Position numbers and translations under genes: made by a program. Under the pieces are notes generated by a model, which worked only from the letters and a program-made list of their open reading frames with translations, ran no database searches and had not been told where the DNA came from. DNA of 64,000 nucleotides from Candidatus Moraniibacteriota bacterium (GTDB taxonomy: Bacteria; Patescibacteriota; Minisyncoccia; Moranbacterales; UBA1568), in contig JBBCGM010000002.1 of the NCBI GenBank assembly GCA_037201605.1, positions 16,697 through 80,696 on the forward strand. The letters run 5' to 3'. This document shows, in pieces, positions 58,317-64,000 of the stretch; the stretch's first letter is position 1; every line of letters starts with the position of its first letter.

Positions 58317-60098
58317 ATGGGAGAAAAGATTCTTATGGTCAAAGTCGTCAAGCGCGCCAACGCGAATACGCAGAAACAAACGGAGGAAAAAGAAGAGACG
58401 CTCCTGCATACTCTGGAACAGACTTCCAAAGAGCAGCTGGCTCTGCGCGCCGCCCAAAGCGCAAGCCTTCCGTATATTGATCTCTCTATTTTCCCTGTGG
58501 AGGAAGAGGTGACCGAACTCTTCCCGCGCGAGCAAGTCGAAAAGCTCAGAGTCGCCCTCTTCCAGAAGGAACGCGGGGTGGCTCGCTTCGGATTCATTGA
58601 TCCGGAGAGTACTGAAAGCCAAGCGGCCGTTGAAGCCTTTATCCAAGAGCATCAGCTAACCGCTAAGCGCTATGTTATCTCTGAAAATTCGCTCACCAAG
58701 ATCCTTGAGCTCTACGACCGCAAACCCTTCCTCGAGCGCCTGGATACCCTGGCTATCAATCTCTCTGGCGAAGACCTCGTGCGCTTTGAAAAGGACTTCG
58801 GAGAACTCCTGGCACTTAAAGAGGGAAGTGCGGTCGGTACGTCGCGTATCATCGAAATCATCTTGGCCGGAGCCGGCAAGCTCGGCGCCAGCGACGTTCA
58901 TATTGAACCGGAAGAGGCGGAGCGCGCCTGCGCTATCGCATCGACGGCCTCTTGGAAGATATGGGGCATCTGTCCGGAGAGGTGTATCACCTCGTTCTTT
59001 CACGAATCAAGATGCTCGGCAAGATGAAGCTTAACGTCCGCGATCGGGCTCAAGACGGCCACTTTTTTATTATGAACGGTGAAACGCGCATTGATATCCG
59101 CGTGAGCCTCATCCCCTCCAACCACGGCGAGACCATCAACATGCGCCTCCTCAATAGCGCCACGGCAAGCGTTCCCGTAGAAAGCCTCGGTCTGCGCGGC
59201 AGCGCCTATGAAGAAATACAGCGGCAAATCGAAAAGCCGAACGGCATGATCGTCAATACGGGACCGACGGGAAGCGGTAAAACGGACGACGCTCTACAGC
59301 CTGCTGCGCTCTATAAACACGCCGGAAAAAAAGATCATCACGGTTGAGGATCCGATAGAATATGCGCTTCCTGGCGTGGTACAGACCGAAGTGTCTTCGG
59401 AAGAAGGCTACTCCTTTGCCGATGCGCTGCGGGCCATCGTGCGCCAAGATCCTGATATCATCCTCGTCGGCGAGATCCGCGATCACGAGACGGCGGAGAC
59501 GGCGGTCAATGCCGCCCTCAACCGGACACCTCGTCTTCAGCACCCCTCCACACAAACGATGCGCCCCGCTTCTATCACCCGTCTGGGCGAATTGGGCATA
59601 AATGGCAATTGATTGCGAGCGCGGTGAATGTCTTCATCGGCCAGCGCCTGGTACGAACGCTCTGCACCGAATGCCGAGAAAGCTACGAGCCGGCCAGTGA
59701 AACGGTTGAGATTATCGAAAAACTCCTCGCCGGCATTCCAAAGAAAGCGGGTGTGGCCGTTCCGAAAGAAATTCCTCTCCTCTACCGAGCACGAGGATGT
59801 GAGGAGTGCCACTTCAGCGGCTACCGAGGGCGCATCGGCATCTTTGAAGTCTTTTCGGTCCGCGACAGCGTGGTAGACCAGATCGAGTCTGGGGCATCAG
59901 AACATGCTATCCGTATGGCCGCCCGCAAAGGACGGCATGCTCACCATGAATCAAGACGGCGTGCTCAAAGTAGTTGAGGGACTGACGACATTCCAGGAAG
60001 TATGGGAACAGACCGATCATGACGAAGACATCGAAGCTCTCTACCGAAGCATCCTCAACGAAGAGCGCGGTCCGACACCGGAAAAACCAACCGTCTAA
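58317..60098 (+). CDS. pilB: Type IV pilus / type II secretion assembly ATPase (GspE/PilB family; about 7 frameshifts)
   Basis: ASDVHIEPEE, RLRYRIDGLL, Walker A GPTGSGKT, TVEDPIEY, Walker B DPDIILVGEIRD, the His box TGHLVFSTLHTN reconstructed across C-run indels, and the zinc motif CTEC...CEEC. The fragments are ORFs 58317, 58952, 59376, 59362, 59609 and 59904. Confidence 0.85.
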
Positions 60099-60104
60099 AA
60101 CAAA

Positions 60105-60137
60105 ACACCCGAAGCTTAAAGCTTCGGGTGTTTTTTT
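60105..60137 (+). terminator. Intrinsic terminator after pilB
   Basis: ACACCCGAAGC-ttaaa-GCTTCGGGTGT followed by T7. Confidence 0.7.
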
Positions 60138-60505
60138 GGCCAAGGGCCAACGCTTAAACTGCAGACAAAACCCTCGGACATAGGAGCCCGAGGAAAAGGA
60201 ACGGGGTCGAGGTATAGCGCAGCCGAAACCACCCTACCCGAATCTGGACCACTGTTCCCAAGATTCAGGACAAAAGATAGAAATCCCGAACTTGTCTACA
60301 GATGAAGCGCAAGCAAATTTTCAAAACCTTGACAGTCGATACTAGCATGCTTCTGATTTTTTGTCAAGTGTGTGCTCAAAAGGGCTCAGAAAAGGCTTTA
60401 TTCCGAGATTTTTTCAAATAGTACTTCCTAGGAAATATTCTTGGATTTTTGGGCAAAAAGTGGTAAAATACGTCCGAGGAAAGCCCCTGTTAAGCCAAAA
60501 TTCCT

Positions 60506-61524
60506 ATGATCAGCACCGGCGACGAGCAGCAAAATGAGGAGCGTTCGCTCGATAATACCCTCAGACCCCAAAGCTTTGCTGATTACGTAGGGCAGGAAAA
60601 GACGAAGCGCCACCTCGATATCTTTATCCAGGCAGCTAAGAAGCGCGGCGAAACGATTGAGCACGTTCTGCTCTACGGGCCGGCGGGACTGGGGAAGACG
60701 ACGCTTGCCAATATTATCGCCCACGAGATGGGTGTCAGTATCAAAGTCACTTCAGGTCCAGCTATTGAGAAGGTAGGAGACCTGGGCTCTATCCTCACTA
60801 ATCTCGAAGACGGCGATGTCCTTTTTATCGACGAAATTCATCGCCTCAACAAACTGATTGAGGAAGTCTTGTATCCTGCCATGGAGGATTATAAGCTCGA
60901 CATTATCATCGGCAAGGGCCCGGCGGCCCGTACCATCCAGCTGGATCTGCCACGCCTTTACCCTCATTGGCGCCACCACGCGCTTGGGATCGCTCTCCAA
61001 TCCGCTCCGCAATCGCTTCGGATCAACTCATCGTCTCGAATTCTACGCACCGGAAGAAATCGAGCACATTGTCAAACGCTCGGCAGCGCTTCTCGGCATC
61101 GGCTTAGAAACAGAAGGGGGCCAAAAAGATCGCGGCTGCCAGCCGTCAGACGCCGCGCGTTGCAAACCGCATCCTCAAGCGAGTGCGCGACTACGCCGAA
61201 ATCGAGAATGCCAAAACCATTACGGCCAAGCTTGCGGATGAGGCGCTGCGTCTCTACGAGATTGATGCCTTAGGGCTAGAGCCAACCGATCGCCATATGC
61301 TCGAAGCGCTCATCCGCAAATTCAAAGGCGGGCCCGCCGGCATTCAATCCCTTGCCGCGGTCACTGGCGAAGAAATCCAGACGATTGAGGATGTCTATGA
61401 GCCGCACTTGATACAGATCGGTTTCTTGGAACGCACGCCTCGCGGACGTGTCGCCACCAAGGCTGCCTACCAGCACCTCGGGATCGAATGGCCGGCCGAG
61501 CGGGAAGAAGGAAAGCTGCTCTAA
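60506..61524 (+). CDS. ruvB: Holliday junction branch-migration ATPase RuvB (two frameshifts)
   Basis: [13 protein letters not shown], Walker [12 protein letters not shown], Walker [11 protein letters not shown], then FTLIGATTR and [18 protein letters not shown] after shifts at a CC pair (60955-60956) and a G5 run (61116-61120). Confidence 0.9.
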
Positions 61525-61533
61525 CCAAAAGCT

Positions 61534-62031
61534 ATGCGCATACTGGGTATCGATCCGGGCACGGCTACGGTCGGCTGGGGCGTGATTGAAACTGAGGGGG
61601 AGAGTCCCGAAGGTTGTTTCTTTTGGCCACTTGAGCACCTCCAAAAGCCTCCCGCTTTCTCTCAGGCTCTTGGAAATCGCACGCGATCTGCGGGCGCTCA
61701 TCGAAAAATACATTCCCCGAGGAAGCGGCCGTCGAAGAACTTTTCTTTTTTAATAATCAAAAAACAGCCATGGCGGTCGGCCAGGCGCGCGGTGTCATCC
61801 TCCTTGAGCTCGCGTCACGCAACCTGCCGATCGGCGAATACACGCCGCTCGAGGTCAAGCAGGCCTTGACGAACTACGGGCCGGGCCGATAAAGTGCAGG
61901 TTCAACAGATGGTCAAAACCATGCTCCGCCTGAAAAACGTGCCTCAGCCCGATGATGCCGCCGACGCGCTGGCTATCGCGCTCTGCCACGCTAGCAGGCG
62001 GCGTATGGATAATATACGCAACTCGCGCTAA
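61534..62031 (+). CDS. ruvC: Crossover junction endodeoxyribonuclease RuvC (at least 2 frameshifts)
   Basis: [26 protein letters not shown]...[16 protein letters not shown], and [15 protein letters not shown], in three different frames. Confidence 0.85.
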
Positions 62032-62048
62032 GCTTGAGACATCTCTTC

Positions 62049-62711
62049 ATGTTTTATCACCCTTGGATCAACTATCTCGTGATGCACGGCGTGCCGCTTC
62101 AAACGGTAGCGCTCCTTTTGATGATCCCTATTGTGGCGACCCTGGTGGGCTATTTTCCGTCAGGTCGTGGGTATCAAGGCGTTCGGGATCTACACCCCCC
62201 TCTATTATCACTTTTGCTTTCTCTCGCCTTCGATCCCAACGGACTTAAATACGGCATCGTCATTTTCGTCTCCATTATTCTGGTGGGCATGCTGTCGCGC
62301 TATCTGCTCAAGCACCTGCGCCTGCTCTACCTGCCGCGCGTAGCACTCACCATTACCATCGTGACGCTGGCTATTCTCGGTATTCTCCTTATCGGCGGGG
62401 TCACGCGCCGCACCCGGACTCGCCTCGGTCTCTATTTTCCCCGCTCCTTATCATGATCACGCTCGCTGAAAAATTCGTAGCTACACAGATTGAGAAAGGC
62501 AGCCGCACCGCATTTATTCTGGCAGCTGAGACGCTGCTTATTTCGCTCGTCGGCTACTTCCTCATTACCTGGGACACCTTCATCATCTTCTTGCTCCGCC
62601 ATCCATGGATCATCCTCTTTAACGATCCTCATCAATATCGCTCTCGGAAAGTGGACGGGCCTGCGGCTCAATGAATACTTCCGCTTCCGCAAAATCCTCT
62701 CCCAATCTTAG
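62049..62711 (+). CDS. 7TM membrane protein of the '7TM_transglut'-type family that partners with ATP-grasp ligases (at least 3 frameshifts)
   Basis: Multi-TM readings: LLLMIPIVATLVGYF/RQVVGIKAFGIYTPL/...LKYGIVIFVSIILVGMLSRYLL...ITLAEKFVATQIEKG...LLISLVGYF.../LINIALGKWTGLRLNEYFRFRKIL*. It lies directly upstream of the ATP-grasp gene. Confidence 0.55.
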
Positions 62712-62733
62712 TCCCGCTCCCCTTTTGCCCGCT

Positions 62734-64000
62734 ATGTTTACATTCCTCAAAAAAAGTCGGGGACTCTTGGGCATGAACGCACGCAATTTGCGCTACAATC
62801 AGGCCCTACAACCGCACATCTGCGATGCGGCTTGCTGACAAACAAGCTGCTTTGCAAACGTGTCCTGAAGAAAGCGGGTCTCTCCGTACCGCCGCTTCTC
62901 GCGCGCATCCGCTCTCCAGGAAGAATTGGAGAAATTCGACTGGGGAGAGCCTGCCCTCGAGCTTCGCCTTAAAGCCAAATCACGGATTTGGAGGCGCCGG
63001 CATTGTGGTGGTCTATGGCCGCAAAAAAGGGCGGGTTGATGCCTGGGTTAAGGCGATGGAAAACTCGTTACTCGGGATGATCTGAAAAATCATATCCAGA
63101 ACATTCTGGACGGCTCCTTTTCGCTTTCCAATATTGCGGACACCGCATTTTTCGAAGAGCGCCTTCGGCTACACAAATTCTTCAAGCCTTATACGTACAA
63201 AGGCATCCCTGATATCCGCGTGATCGTTTTCAATTCCGTGCCCGTCATGGCCATGCTGCGCCTGCCGACCAAAAACTCCGAGGGCAAAGCCAATCTCCAA
63301 CAGGGCGCCATCGGCGTCGGAATCGATCTCGCGCGAGGCACCACTACGAGTGCTATTTTTGGAAAAAGCCACCTGATCGAATACGTGCCAGATACTCGTC
63401 TTCTCCTTTCGGGTCTCAAGATCCCCCACTGGAAAGAAGTGTTGCAGCTCGCCGTGGAAGCCCAGCAAATCTCAGGACTCGGATTCCTCGGCGCCGATAT
63501 CGCCATTGATCGGGAGCGCGGACCCGTCATCATTGAGCTCAATGCCCGGCCCGGACTTTCCATCCAACTCGCGAACGTTTCCGGACTCAAAGAGCGCCTA
63601 GAGCGCGTGCGGGGCCTGAAGATCAAAACGGTAGAACGCGGCATGCGCGTTGGCATGAACCTCTTTGGAGGCGAGATCGAGGAAGAAATTGAGGGCTTGT
63701 CAGGAAAGAAGCTCATCGGCTCGGTAGAAAAAGTGACCTTCATAGGCAAAGACGGGAAAGAGATCGAGGTAGAAGCCAAGATTGATACGGGCGCAGACTC
63801 GACCGCTATTGACCGAGAACTCGCTTTTCAACTCGGCTTCGAGGAAACCGTCCGCGAATTCGAACGGCGCATTGAGGGGAAAAAAAAATCTGGTCACCGA
63901 ACTCGACAAAGAGGAGCGCGGGAAGCTTTTTGCCGGCATTCCAGACCTTGCCAGCACGCTTCCGGTAAAATCTGCCAACGGGGTTTCCTATCGTCCCACC
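62734..64000 (+). CDS. ATP-grasp (alpha-L-glutamate-ligase-like / sugar-transfer-associated type) fused to a retropepsin-like 'ATP-dependent zinc protease' (DUF785-type) domain; partial at the window end, at least 4 frameshifts
   Basis: N-terminus LLGMNARNLRY; FALKPNHGFGGAGIVVV; IPDIRVIVFNSVPVMAMLRLPT..SEGKANLQQGAIGVGIDL; GFLGADIAIDRERGPVIIELNARPGL. The C-terminal domain reads GSVEKVTFIGKDGKEIEVEAKIDTGADSTAID (DTGA). The last shift is at an A9 run (63880-63888). Confidence 0.7.

Noticed and set aside
60138-60505. SRP RNA, 6S RNA or tmRNA in the long gap upstream of ruvB
   Set aside because: I could not find the conserved SRP helix-8 motif, a tRNA-like tmRNA end, or a 6S-type long interrupted helix. 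I report it only as an unexplained non-coding gap.
58317-64000. Alternative genetic code (stop-codon reassignment, as in some CPR lineages) as the explanation for the fragmented genes
   Set aside because: The breaks are changes of reading frame at mononucleotide runs, not in-frame stop codons. Translating through the stops in the same frame does not restore the conserved motifs, whereas shifting by 1 nt does.

Overview
This window reads as a chromosomal segment of a small-genome, monoderm-type, CPR/Patescibacteria-like bacterium. That placement is an inference from gene content only: sortase, FemAB plus a Mur ligase, LytR_C mini-proteins, a giant LamG surface protein, a type IV pilus ATPase and compact minus-strand operons. 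Layout: (1) 0.2-15.4 kb is a minus-strand cell-surface locus. It holds a GC-rich PEP-CTERM gene, a sortase with a DUF3494 substrate carrying an LPHAG motif, a ~2080-aa LamG giant, and a cluster of paralogous secreted proteins with a membrane-anchored partner. (2) 15.5-17.0 kb holds murI flanked by two paralogous small-ORF modules. (3) ~17.0/17.8-29.9 kb is an AT-rich accessory island. It ends in a large serine recombinase whose stop codon lies 4 nt from tRNA-Asn(GTT). Its cargo includes an OLD-family ABC-ATPase/Toprim nuclease cassette with two uncharacterised partners and a DUF3800 gene, which is my best candidate for an undescribed defence-type system. (4) 30-62 kb is housekeeping: Nudix, rpoD with a Lys-rich tail, dnaG, malic enzyme, mscL, tRNA-Ser, pyk, htpX, lemA, Mur ligase, FemAB, ruvA, rpsT, holA, mutM, polA, tsaE, DHH, pilB, ruvB and ruvC. 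(5) 62-64 kb is a 7TM protein plus an ATP-grasp::retropepsin-like fusion that runs off the window. There are two tRNAs, no rRNA and no CRISPR array. The window also contains roughly 40 inferred single-nucleotide frameshifts in about 20 genes. Every site I inspected closely lies in a mononucleotide run, and the sites are very unevenly distributed. Many ORF-track entries are therefore fragments, and the coordinates I give for those genes span the reconstructed reading frames.
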